Source: a virus
Virus record (IMG/VR): IMGVR_UViG_3300036820_000014
Location: 14,259 to 78,258 of that record
Direction: 5' to 3' (one strand)
DNA: 64,000 nucleotides
Under the pieces are notes generated by a model. The model ran no database searches, was not told the DNA's origin, and saw only the letters and a list, made by a program, of their open reading frames with translations. Within the stretch, counting starts at the first letter, position 1. Each line of letters opens with the position of its first letter. The position numbers were made by a program, and so were the translations under genes. This document shows positions 46,821 through 55,449 of this stretch, one piece after another.

Positions 46821-48701
46821 TCAAGCTCGGCTCGCTGCTCGTCGGTCGGCACGGGATACCTCCCCACGCTGATGTTGCACATTCGCTTCACCTCCTTTCG
46901 TGCTTTTGGTTGCGACTTTTTCATAGCCCACACGGGCCTTTTCCTGCTCAGCAAACCAATCGACGTTGTTCGCGTCGAACGTGGCATGACCATCGTGGTG
47001 GACATAGCACCCGTCAGCGATGACCAGGTCGCCGAAGGCCTTCAGCTTCCGGCAGAGGTCGTCGTCTTCATAGCCGCCCATCGAGTCGTTGAACTTCCGG
47101 AAGCGCCCGACCTTGTTGAACATCTCAGCCTCGACCGCCAGGCAGAAGCCGACGAGACGATCCGTCTTACGACTACGACCCTGGTGAGACTTGAGCCATT
47201 CGGCGGAGAACTCCTCGAGGTCATCGATCTCCGGCGCCTCCTCGACAATTTGCGGCCCGCTCACGCATCCCGCTCGAGCGCCTGATGCGACAACGGTCTC
47301 GGAGCGAAGGTGACCGATCAGCTCGTTTAGCCAGCCCTCGGTGACGATGACGTCGTTGTTCAAGAACACCAGCGTCGGGTTGGTAGCCGCCTCTGCCCCG
47401 GCGTTGCAGGCTGCGGCGAACCCGCGGTTGGGCGCGGCCCAGCCGATCTCCTTTAGTCGCTTGTCCTTGAATCGCCACTGAACTGAACAGATCGCGCCAA
47501 CACCAGCTGTTTTATCTGTCGAACCGTCATTGACAAGAACAACCTCGTCATCGGTGTTGAGTGTCGGGAGTAGCGCGTCGAGGCACCGTTCGGTCATGGC
47601 CCAGGCGTTCCACACCGGCACGATTACAGAGACGGCAGGACGACCCCAGTGGGCGCGCATCTTCGAGAGATCGGCTAGGAGTTGACCATCGACCGCGTAG
47701 CCTTCCGCCGCCTTGGCTCCGAGTTCCAGTTCCTCGAGCGACCTATCGAGATCCCCGAGCCGCTCGAAAGCGACGGCGAGGTAGTGGTGAAACCGCCACG
47801 GCAACGAGTCGTCTCGGAGGTAGTGGGTAACAGGCGGACACGCGAGCCCACGCTCGGCGGCTTCGATCACATCGACATGGCGCTTGAGGTCCGATGACCA
47901 CGCGGCCTTGGCGAACCATGCTCCGGGCTCGTCGGGTGCCTCGACGGTTCCCTGGTGAACCCAGAAGAGCACGTCCTCGTCTTGAGCTCCCGTCTTCGAG
48001 CTGGCCATCGCCAGCCATCGACACGTCGCGGCCCGCTCGTTCGGCGTTCCTGTCGTGAGGTCCATCGCCCGTTGGCCTGTTCTGAGGACCTCGAGCCAGT
48101 CCTGACGTAGCCCGTACTCTCGGCTCAGGTAGGCCCACATGCGGAAATCACTGGGCTGCTCCGAGACGGCGAGCTCCAAGAGGCCGAGGTATTGAGTCCT
48201 CGGCTTTGAGTTGTCAGGCCGATGCTTGATGAGCGCACCTTCGATGAAGACAGCATGCTCCTCTCGCATGGGATAGGGCACCGCGACCTCGTGACACGGT
48301 GCGACCCACCGGTAGCCCTTGCGGCCGTGGATCCGATTGACCTGCCACCGCGCGCCAGTGTCGATCTCGATGAAGCCTCGCTCGAACGGACCTGCCTTTT
48401 CCCACGCACGCCGGACGGCCTTGATGAATCCAGGAGCGAGGACCTCGTCCATGTCGAGCGAGATGCACAGGTCCACGTCGACCGGCAGAAGCGCCAGTGC
48501 AGCGTTCCTGGCGTCATCGAACCGCCAGGGGTCGATCGAGATGGACGAGACGGTGACACCGACATTCCTTAGCGCCTTGACCGTTCCATCCGTCGAGCCG
48601 GTATCAGCGACGAACCGGAAGTCAGCTTGCGCGCACGAGGTCGCCCACCGTCTCGCGTGAGCGACCTCGTTGTAAGCAACTGTATAGACCGCGATCTTCA
48701 C
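46821..48701 (-). CDS. GT2-TPR-GT2 glycosyltransferase
   Basis: NE...ADTGSTDGT..FDDARNAAL..LDMDE..HE; TPR-like helices; second GT2 VSVIVPVWN..NDGSTD..NRGFAAACN..FLNND..EDDDLC. Confidence 0.9.
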   Translation of the reverse strand: MKIAVYTVAYNEVAHARRWATSCAQADFRFVADTGSTDGTVKALRNVGVTVSSISIDPWRFDDARNAALALLPVDVDLCISLDMDEVLAPGFIKAVRRAWEKAGPFERGFIEIDTGARWQVNRIHGRKGYRWVAPCHEVAVPYPMREEHAVFIEGALIKHRPDNSKPRTQYLGLLELAVSEQPSDFRMWAYLSREYGLRQDWLEVLRTGQRAMDLTTGTPNERAATCRWLAMASSKTGAQDEDVLFWVHQGTVEAPDEPGAWFAKAAWSSDLKRHVDVIEAAERGLACPPVTHYLRDDSLPWRFHHYLAVAFERLGDLDRSLEELELGAKAAEGYAVDGQLLADLSKMRAHWGRPAVSVIVPVWNAWAMTERCLDALLPTLNTDDEVVLVNDGSTDKTAGVGAICSVQWRFKDKRLKEIGWAAPNRGFAAACNAGAEAATNPTLVFLNNDVIVTEGWLNELIGHLRSETVVASGARAGCVSGPQIVEEAPEIDDLEEFSAEWLKSHQGRSRKTDRLVGFCLAVEAEMFNKVGRFRKFNDSMGGYEDDDLCRKLKAFGDLVIADGCYVHHDGHATFDANNVDWFAEQEKARVGYEKVATKSTKGGEANVQHQRGEVSRADRRAASRA

Positions 48702-48714
48702 GGCCTGGATTCTG

Positions 48715-48909
48715 TCAGGCGCCAGTCGGCCCCGTCGGCCCCGTCGGGCCAGTGACACCTGTTCCGCCTGTCCCACCCGTGCCACCGGTTGGACCGGTAG
48801 CGCCAGCGGGCGTGGCAAAGACGAAGGCAGTGCCATTCCAGGTCGGGACCTGACCGGTCAGAGGGGGAGGACCGGTGACAACTGGCGGATTCGGGAACTC
48901 GGTAGCCAT
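48715..48909 (-). CDS. collagen-like (G-X-T repeat) mini-protein
   Basis: AAGGAGA RBS; GATGPTGGTGGTGGTGVTGPTGPTGPTGA C-terminus. Confidence 0.8.
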   Translation of the reverse strand: MATEFPNPPVVTGPPPLTGQVPTWNGTAFVFATPAGATGPTGGTGGTGGTGVTGPTGPTGPTGA

Positions 48910-48944
48910 GTCTTCTCCTTGTCGAAACGGATTCGGACGAGCGC

Positions 48945-49898
48945 TTAGGCGACGGGCAGCGTCTGGTAGCCAGGCTGGAGCGGGGACGGAAGCTCGAAGT
49001 CGCAAAGCTGGTCGCAGAACGCCGTGGTATCGACGGGAGCGCCGACGGCCGGCATCGCCGAGGTGCGCCAGTCATCGAGAGGCCCGGTTCCAAAGTTCGG
49101 GTTCTCGATCGCCCACCCTCGGAACATCGGAGTCTCTTCTTTGTCTTCCTTCGACCAACCGTCCCAGAAGAGGAACGCACGGAAGACGCCGACTCTGAGC
49201 CACGCTGAACCCGGAATCGTGGCCGTGCCGGCCGAAGGGTACGGCGTGGTGCCCTGGTAACCGGTGCCTCGGACGATGAGCCTCGACCAGACCTCGATCG
49301 ACACTCCGTTCGGACACGGCACGGTGAGCAGATGCGGGAACGCATACCCGATCGTCGAGACGGGTTGGGCACCCAAGGTGATCGAGACGCCGGTCAAGCT
49401 TGTGGTCGACACGGCGCTAACACGCACCTCTGTGGCCGAGATGTACTCCGAGACGTAGGCCCCGGTCGCGACGCCAGTGCCGGTGACGGAGCGGCCGACG
49501 TCAGTGTCCACAAAGGATGCGTCGGCGGCCGAGGTGATGATGTTCGATTCGAATGCCACGACGCCATCGGCGAAGGTGCGCCCCGCCGTGCCGGAAGCCG
49601 TGAGGATCTGGCCACCGCCGAGGAGTTCCTGCTGTTCGGGATCCCAGTCACCGAGGCTGAGGTTCACGTCCCACCGCTTGTAGCGGTCGCAGTCCTTGTA
49701 ACTGATGACCGGGACGCCGCACGCGGACTTCGGAGTGATCTCGACGCCGTCTTCCATGACGGGCTTGCACTCGAGCTTCACGAAGTTTCGGTCGTCTTGA
49801 ACCATGGCAGTCGATGAGCTGACGATCGAGCCGTCGGCCGCGAGGCGCGAGAATCGAACGGCACAACCCTGGACTGCTACGGGTCCGTTAGTGGCCAT
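48945..49898 (-). CDS. major tail (tube) protein
   Basis: RFSRL..DG, SACG, IGYA.P, GVSIEVWS, ENPNFG.GP..DW. Confidence 0.8.
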   Translation of the reverse strand: MATNGPVAVQGCAVRFSRLAADGSIVSSSTAMVQDDRNFVKLECKPVMEDGVEITPKSACGVPVISYKDCDRYKRWDVNLSLGDWDPEQQELLGGGQILTASGTAGRTFADGVVAFESNIITSAADASFVDTDVGRSVTGTGVATGAYVSEYISATEVRVSAVSTTSLTGVSITLGAQPVSTIGYAFPHLLTVPCPNGVSIEVWSRLIVRGTGYQGTTPYPSAGTATIPGSAWLRVGVFRAFLFWDGWSKEDKEETPMFRGWAIENPNFGTGPLDDWRTSAMPAVGAPVDTTAFCDQLCDFELPSPLQPGYQTLPVA

Positions 49899-49907
49899 GT
49901 TTCCTCC

Positions 49908-51251
49908 CTAACTGCTGGTTGTGTCGACGAGAACGGTGGCACGCAAAAGCTGATTGCTGATGAACGCATTGGGACGCTCGGCTCTCACTTCAGCGAGGTT
50001 GTCAACCGGGACGTCGGGGGACATCTGACGAAGATCGTTGGGGTAATGCGAGACGTCGCCACGAAGCCGAAAGATCGCGTCGGTGGCGTACGCCCATTGC
50101 TGAGGAGCACCACCAGCTCGCCCGCCCACGCCAGCAACGCTGTAGGTGATACCGGTGCCGTCGTCGGTTGCTGGTTGGGAGAGCACGATCTCGGTGCCGG
50201 AGTTGACCTGCAAGACATAGGTACCGGCAGGGATCCGCCCAGAGTCATCGGTCTCGGTGATGACTCTGCCGATGTCGAGGTTCGTGAAGTTTCCGTCTAC
50301 AGAGTCGAACGTGGTCGATCCGCTTGTGGTGACACCGTCATCGGCTCCGTGAGCCTCAGAGTCAGGCCCAAGACCCCCATAACCGAAGCCGGCAACGATC
50401 AAGTTGTGGTTGACCGTGTAAATCTTCCCGTCGGTATCCCGAATGAACGGGTACACGGCCATCCACCTCTGGACCAGATACGGGGTCGCGTGAATGAACC
50501 CCGTCCCGGCGTCAGATTCGGCGATGGCCTGATCCAGTGCTGCGAGAGCTTGACCGAGCGCGACGGCTGTTCCGAGAATGGTGCCGGGCGCCGGATCAGG
50601 AGATGGGAAGGCGCTGATCGTGCGGCGAGGTGAGGAGGTCGGCGTCAACGGAGAGGCCGTCAGGTGGTAGTTCGTTGGAACGGCTAAGCCACTCCAGAAC
50701 TCCTGCTCGCACTGCCAAGCCTCGTGCTTTCGCATGGCGCGCTCGGCACGCATGGCCCTTGAGATGTAGTCCGTGAACGGGTAGCCGAAGACCGATCGAC
50801 TGTCCCGGCCAATAGCCATGAAGGGGTCGTACCAAAACGTCGCATCTTGGTTAGAACCCGATGCCTTCGGCTGCTCTGATCCCCCGTAAGGCGAGATGAC
50901 CTCGCATGCCTCGGCGTTGCCCAACTCAGGCAGATAGACGAACCCCTGGGTCCAGCGTTCGATCTCGGCGGCCGTCTCGTTGTACTCGGCGACCACATCG
51001 AGCGCCGCCTCATATTCAGAACGCAGCTGCTCCAGATTCGCCTCCGCCGACGTCGCGTCCGGCGCGGCCTCTGCCAACAACTTGAGCCGCATCTCGGCTG
51101 ACGCCGCCGTCTCTGCGGCGACCCTGCGGTCCTCGGCCTGGCGCTCGTTGTCGACCAAGACCTCGGTCATCATCAGCAACGAGAGAGGGGGATCGGTGAG
51201 GGGCGGCGCGGCGACTACAGCGTCGATACCTGACGTCGCAGTGATCGTCAC
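49908..51251 (-). CDS. minor capsid / head-associated protein
   Basis: Directly after MCP; ALAALDQAIA...G.IHATP, VAG.GY, WAYAT. Confidence 0.6.
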   Translation of the reverse strand: MTITATSGIDAVVAAPPLTDPPLSLLMMTEVLVDNERQAEDRRVAAETAASAEMRLKLLAEAAPDATSAEANLEQLRSEYEAALDVVAEYNETAAEIERWTQGFVYLPELGNAEACEVISPYGGSEQPKASGSNQDATFWYDPFMAIGRDSRSVFGYPFTDYISRAMRAERAMRKHEAWQCEQEFWSGLAVPTNYHLTASPLTPTSSPRRTISAFPSPDPAPGTILGTAVALGQALAALDQAIAESDAGTGFIHATPYLVQRWMAVYPFIRDTDGKIYTVNHNLIVAGFGYGGLGPDSEAHGADDGVTTSGSTTFDSVDGNFTNLDIGRVITETDDSGRIPAGTYVLQVNSGTEIVLSQPATDDGTGITYSVAGVGGRAGGAPQQWAYATDAIFRLRGDVSHYPNDLRQMSPDVPVDNLAEVRAERPNAFISNQLLRATVLVDTTSS

Positions 51252-51319
51252 CTCACCCCACCGATCCCATTAGCTCTCTTCATTGCTCCGACGGGCCCCG
51301 AGGCCCTTCTCAACAAGCC

Positions 51320-53620
51320 CTACAGACCGTTGCCAGCGCCCAAGACGACGGCCGTGGCAGCCCCGTAGGTGCCGTCAGCGGCGACGGTGTGGACGCAACG
51401 GAAGGAGCGAGCTCCGACGTACGCCGGGGTTTCCCAGCCTTCCTCGAAGTTCCTGAACCGGTTCTGCGAGTTCAGGAACGAGTCGCGGACAAGGCCGAGG
51501 TTCAGCTCGCCGGTCGTCAGACCGATCCACGTGCCCTCACCCCACAGGTAGGTGACGACCTTGGTGCGGAACGACGTGGACGAGCCTTGACCCGGGTAGT
51601 CAGGGATGGCAACCGGAGTGGCGTTGTTGACGCCTCCCGTGTTGACCGCACCCGAGCCGATCGCTGCGAACAACTGGGAGATGTCCGAGGGCCCGTCCTG
51701 GTACCACGAAGGCAAGACAGCGATGTTCCGGAAGAACGCCACGAGCTCCTCGTCGCTCAAGCCCCAGTCGCTCGGCGAGCCGCCGAGGAACGTGGAGATG
51801 AGGTCGCCTCGCATCGCGTTCAAGGCCCACGCCGGGATCAGCAACCGGAGAACGGCGCCCGGGTCCATGCGCTGGTCCTGGCGGTACACCGCCGCCATGT
51901 GCTCGATCTGGGCGAGCAACTGGCGAGCCGTGCCGAAGGTCTTTGACGCGGTGAGCAGCGTCGACCAACCAGTGATGTAGTCGAGGCATGCCGTCTCGGC
52001 CACCCTGGCCTGCAACGCGTTCGCGATGAGGATGTTCAGCTCGACCTGCTCCGGGAAGGTGCGAGCCGTGAGGTTCGCGTACTGGAGCGAGGCATAGGTG
52101 GAGAACACGTCGTGCTCGGCCTGGGTGCCGAGAGGCACGTCGTAGGTGTACTTGAGCGTGTTCGGAGGGCCGGCCGCGTCTTGGGCAGCCGTGACGAGTC
52201 CGACCGCCGGGCCCAGGTTGTACGGGTTGCGGTTCCGGATGGCGAAGGGGACCGCGGTGACCGAGCCGCCCGTCGATGCCTGCGACAACGTGATCGAGGT
52301 TGTCGATCCCACCGCTTCGATGATCGTGCCGGCGGGGATGTTGCTCGTCGAGCCTGACGACGAAGCCCCGACTTGGACGATCGGCGAGCCGACGTCAGAG
52401 GCGAGGAAGGTTGCGGTGGCAGACGTGAAGGTGGTCGAGTTGTTGGTGACGCCGTCGGGGTACTCGCCAGGGATCGTGGCCGCAGACAGCGTGCCGATCG
52501 ATGCCGGCAGCACCAAGCGGATACCACCACGGTCGGCCACCATCGAAGGCATGGAGTCGAGGACCGGGCGAGCCGCCTGCCCTAGGAACAGCTGCGGGTA
52601 GTACGGGTCGACCGGTGCCGAAAGACCACCGGATGCGGTGATCGCATCGATGTCGTCGCAAACAATCCCGCCTCGACCGATCGGCTTCTCTTCGCCCGTC
52701 CAAGGGTCGATACCCATGGCGTCCGGACCGATGGTCTGCTGCAGAAACTCACGCACCGCCTGGGACGAGGCTTCGCGGAAGGGACGAAGATCGCGGTTGG
52801 CGGGCGGCTGAGGAGCGCGCACCGTTGCCACAACAACCTTCTCTTCCACCGTCGAGGTGGACTTGCCGAGATTGTCGATCCGCTGGCGGGTCGCTTCGAC
52901 CAGCTCGGAGCGGCTGGCGAACTGGTGGCCGGTCGGGAAGATCCCGTTGTCTGGAGCGGCGGTGAGGATACCGAGCTCACCGTGCCGGCGACCGTTGGCT
53001 CCCTGCTCGCCAGGGGCTCTGTCGGCCGGGCGGTAGTCGCCGATGCCACGAGCCCTGCGAGGAGATGCGGGCACCGCGATCCGCTCCATGGCGGCGGTGA
53101 AGGCCTCCGCGATGGGCGCCACGCCAGCGGTGACCGCTGCGGCGATCGCCTCAGGAGAAACCGACTGGCCAATGACGGACGCCTCGAGGACCGTGGGTGC
53201 GGGGATGTTGCCAAGAGCCTCGAGAAGCGCTAGCGCCGTGGCGCGGTCTTCGTCAGTCGAAGTTGTCGGAGAAGGTGCTGGTGTAGGAACGGGCACCGGG
53301 TCGGTCGTACCGCCGGGCTCGGTCCCGCCTTCGGTGCCACCTTCATCAGCGGCGGCGAGGCGAGAGGCCACCTCGTTGAGCAGGGCAGCGGCGTGAGCCG
53401 CAATCTCGGTGGCGCGAGCTACATCGATCGTGTCGGGGTTCTCACGCATGGTCGCCGCTTCGGCGGACAAGGCGTCATACATCGCCGACAGGTCGGCGTC
53501 AGAGATGCCGGCGAGGTTGCCATCGGCGGGCCATTCAGGGAGACCCTCAGCGACGAGCGCGATCAGATCGCCATCGGCGTCATACGTGGCGAACCGGTTG
53601 TTGGAGCGGGACAGGGACAC
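51320..53620 (-). CDS. major capsid protein (with N-terminal scaffold-like region)
   Basis: ITASGG.SAP, RGGIR, N.TARTFPEQV, LNLGLVRDS.LN..N.F..F.E..E. Confidence 0.85.
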   Translation of the reverse strand: MSLSRSNNRFATYDADGDLIALVAEGLPEWPADGNLAGISDADLSAMYDALSAEAATMRENPDTIDVARATEIAAHAAALLNEVASRLAAADEGGTEGGTEPGGTTDPVPVPTPAPSPTTSTDEDRATALALLEALGNIPAPTVLEASVIGQSVSPEAIAAAVTAGVAPIAEAFTAAMERIAVPASPRRARGIGDYRPADRAPGEQGANGRRHGELGILTAAPDNGIFPTGHQFASRSELVEATRQRIDNLGKSTSTVEEKVVVATVRAPQPPANRDLRPFREASSQAVREFLQQTIGPDAMGIDPWTGEEKPIGRGGIVCDDIDAITASGGLSAPVDPYYPQLFLGQAARPVLDSMPSMVADRGGIRLVLPASIGTLSAATIPGEYPDGVTNNSTTFTSATATFLASDVGSPIVQVGASSSGSTSNIPAGTIIEAVGSTTSITLSQASTGGSVTAVPFAIRNRNPYNLGPAVGLVTAAQDAAGPPNTLKYTYDVPLGTQAEHDVFSTYASLQYANLTARTFPEQVELNILIANALQARVAETACLDYITGWSTLLTASKTFGTARQLLAQIEHMAAVYRQDQRMDPGAVLRLLIPAWALNAMRGDLISTFLGGSPSDWGLSDEELVAFFRNIAVLPSWYQDGPSDISQLFAAIGSGAVNTGGVNNATPVAIPDYPGQGSSTSFRTKVVTYLWGEGTWIGLTTGELNLGLVRDSFLNSQNRFRNFEEGWETPAYVGARSFRCVHTVAADGTYGAATAVVLGAGNGL

Positions 53621-53837
53621 GGGAACCTCCGCGTGGGCACGATCGGGTTGGCTGCACCTACCGGGCCTCTGTGAGTCCCCTGCTCCTCGGGCTATGCCCT
53701 CGGTTCTTGCTAGGTCGCTATGCGTCCTGAGCGGAGATTCTGCACGACCGCCGATCGCGTTACAAGCACCCTCGGCGATTTAGCGTTTCGCGATTCGCGA
53801 ATTGGGTACCAAAGACGGCTGCAGAAATACAGGATTT

Positions 53838-54164
53838 CTACGTGATTTGGATCGTGTCGAGCTGAGCGATATAGGTGTCCGGGTCATCGCTGATCCGGAT
53901 CCAGATCGTGTAGACGCCGACGGCCGGGGTGAGCGCGCCGGTCGGCCCGATGTCGATCGCCGCCAGGTCACCGCCAGGGACAGTGATCCAGTATCCGTCC
54001 ACCCAGGACTCGTCCGTTGGTCGCTGGCGAGCAGGCCTCTGCATGCGGCCGATCGTGAGCGCGAACGCCACCTCGTCTGAGGTGAAGTCCTCGACCTGGC
54101 TGGGGATGAGTTGCTGGACGAGAAACGGCACCGTTTGGGTGGAGGTCCGGTCGATGACTTTCAT
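53838..54164 (-). CDS. structural protein (BppU-like)
   Basis: IGP.G......G.Y.IW.RI.D.P. Confidence 0.55.
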   Translation of the reverse strand: MKVIDRTSTQTVPFLVQQLIPSQVEDFTSDEVAFALTIGRMQRPARQRPTDESWVDGYWITVPGGDLAAIDIGPTGALTPAVGVYTIWIRISDDPDTYIAQLDTIQIT

Positions 54165-55147
54165 GGCCCTCCAATCACGATGGTTTCGAGCGCCTCAGAC
54201 ACCAACCACCGACGCTCTGCCGGTCCGACGCGCCACCTGTTTAGTGCTCCGGTGAGCCTGAATAGCTGACCCTCGTCAGTAGCCCAGCCCGGCATAGGTG
54301 TGATCCGCCAGCGATCGAGTGCTTGGCCGACCAGCCACACGCTGTGACGGAGCACGATGACGACACCCGAGGCGATGTCGGTGCCACCTGCATGGTCGCT
54401 CGCTGTACGGATTCGGACGACCGCACCCGTGGCGGCATCCGTTCCTCGGGCCAGGTCCACAGCCATGCGCGCGAGTGCGAGGTGGCGAGACGCCGAATCG
54501 GTCCCACGAGCTGAGTCCGAAGCCGTGCGGCTGGCGCTTCGAGACGCCGACCCAGAATCGACGCCGTTCGCCGCGTCCGATGCCGATCGGAGAATGAGAA
54601 TTATCCGGGTCGCTGAGTCCGCCCCGTGAGCCGAGTCGCTCGCGGTCCTCGAGCGGCCAGAGATCCCACTGGCCATGTCCGTCGCGCGCGCGAGGTCCGA
54701 GGCTGTTCGCCCGATCGCGACGTGTCGCGAAGCGACATCGGTGCCGTGACCAGCATCGGAAGCCGATCGGGCGATTCCTAAGGCCCGAGAAGCCACATCC
54801 GTCGCGCGCGCGAGGTCCGAGGCGAAGCGATGTGTCGCGACAAGTCGCGAAGCGGAATCCGTGCCGTTGGCGGAATCGGAACTCGTCCGAGCCTTCGGAG
54901 CGATGCGGGTGGCCACATCAGTGCCCTTCGCTGAGTCCGATGCGACCCGGGCAAGGAGCAGCGAGCGGATGACGCTGTCTGTCCCATGAGCCGCGTCCGA
55001 AGCGGTGCGTGCGTATGTGGACGTCCGGGTGGCTACATCAGATCCGTTCGCCGCGTCGGAGGCTGAGCGGATGAGAACGGCACTACCGGCTGGTGGAGCG
55101 TTGCCCGCATACGTCGAGCCGCCGTAGGTTCGACCGCCGAAACTCAC
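54161..55147 (-). CDS. 19-aa tandem repeat protein (fibre-like)
   Basis: About 13 copies of R(T/S)ASD.A.G.D.A.R. Confidence 0.75.
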   Translation of the reverse strand: MSFGGRTYGGSTYAGNAPPAGSAVLIRSASDAANGSDVATRTSTYARTASDAAHGTDSVIRSLLLARVASDSAKGTDVATRIAPKARTSSDSANGTDSASRLVATHRFASDLARATDVASRALGIARSASDAGHGTDVASRHVAIGRTASDLARATDMASGISGRSRTASDSAHGADSATRIILILRSASDAANGVDSGSASRSASRTASDSARGTDSASRHLALARMAVDLARGTDAATGAVVRIRTASDHAGGTDIASGVVIVLRHSVWLVGQALDRWRITPMPGWATDEGQLFRLTGALNRWRVGPAERRWLVSEALETIVIGGP

Positions 55148-55150
55148 GGG

Positions 55151-55447
55151 CTACTCCGGTGTCTGTTGAGTGCGCTTGTCTCCCATGGTCCGTCCACCGG
55201 CAGCGCGTAGCGCCTCAGCGACCTCCCTTTTGGCCGTGCCAACGATCCGGCACTGCCCGTCGAAGTCGGGGTGGTTAGCAGCGACCGTTACACCATCGAC
55301 GAGCCAGTCACACAACTCCAGCGTCTCTTTCGACAAGTGCTGGCGCGGCTTAGGCGGTGTTGCTCGCGCTGGCGGTGCGGTTCGAGGCGCCTCACCCTTG
55401 CCGATTGCGGCACCCTTGCGGACCACAGGTCGTGTGCGTTGTGCCAT
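55151..55447 (-). CDS. hypothetical protein
   Basis: Follows the fibre gene. Confidence 0.5.
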   Translation of the reverse strand: MAQRTRPVVRKGAAIGKGEAPRTAPPARATPPKPRQHLSKETLELCDWLVDGVTVAANHPDFDGQCRIVGTAKREVAEALRAAGGRTMGDKRTQQTPE

Positions 55448-55449
55448 CG

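Noticed and set aside
48715-48950. Readthrough or frameshift fusing the collagen repeat to the tail tube
   Set aside because: The collagen ORF has its own strong RBS and ATG, and no slippery site is evident.
49370-52470. Inserted domain as an intein or a DGR variable repeat
   Set aside because: No C/S...HN splice termini, no reverse transcriptase, and no near-identical DNA repeat pair.
54380-55080. CRISPR-like periodic repeats
   Set aside because: The 57-bp periodicity is a degenerate coding repeat; no conserved repeat/spacer structure and no cas genes.
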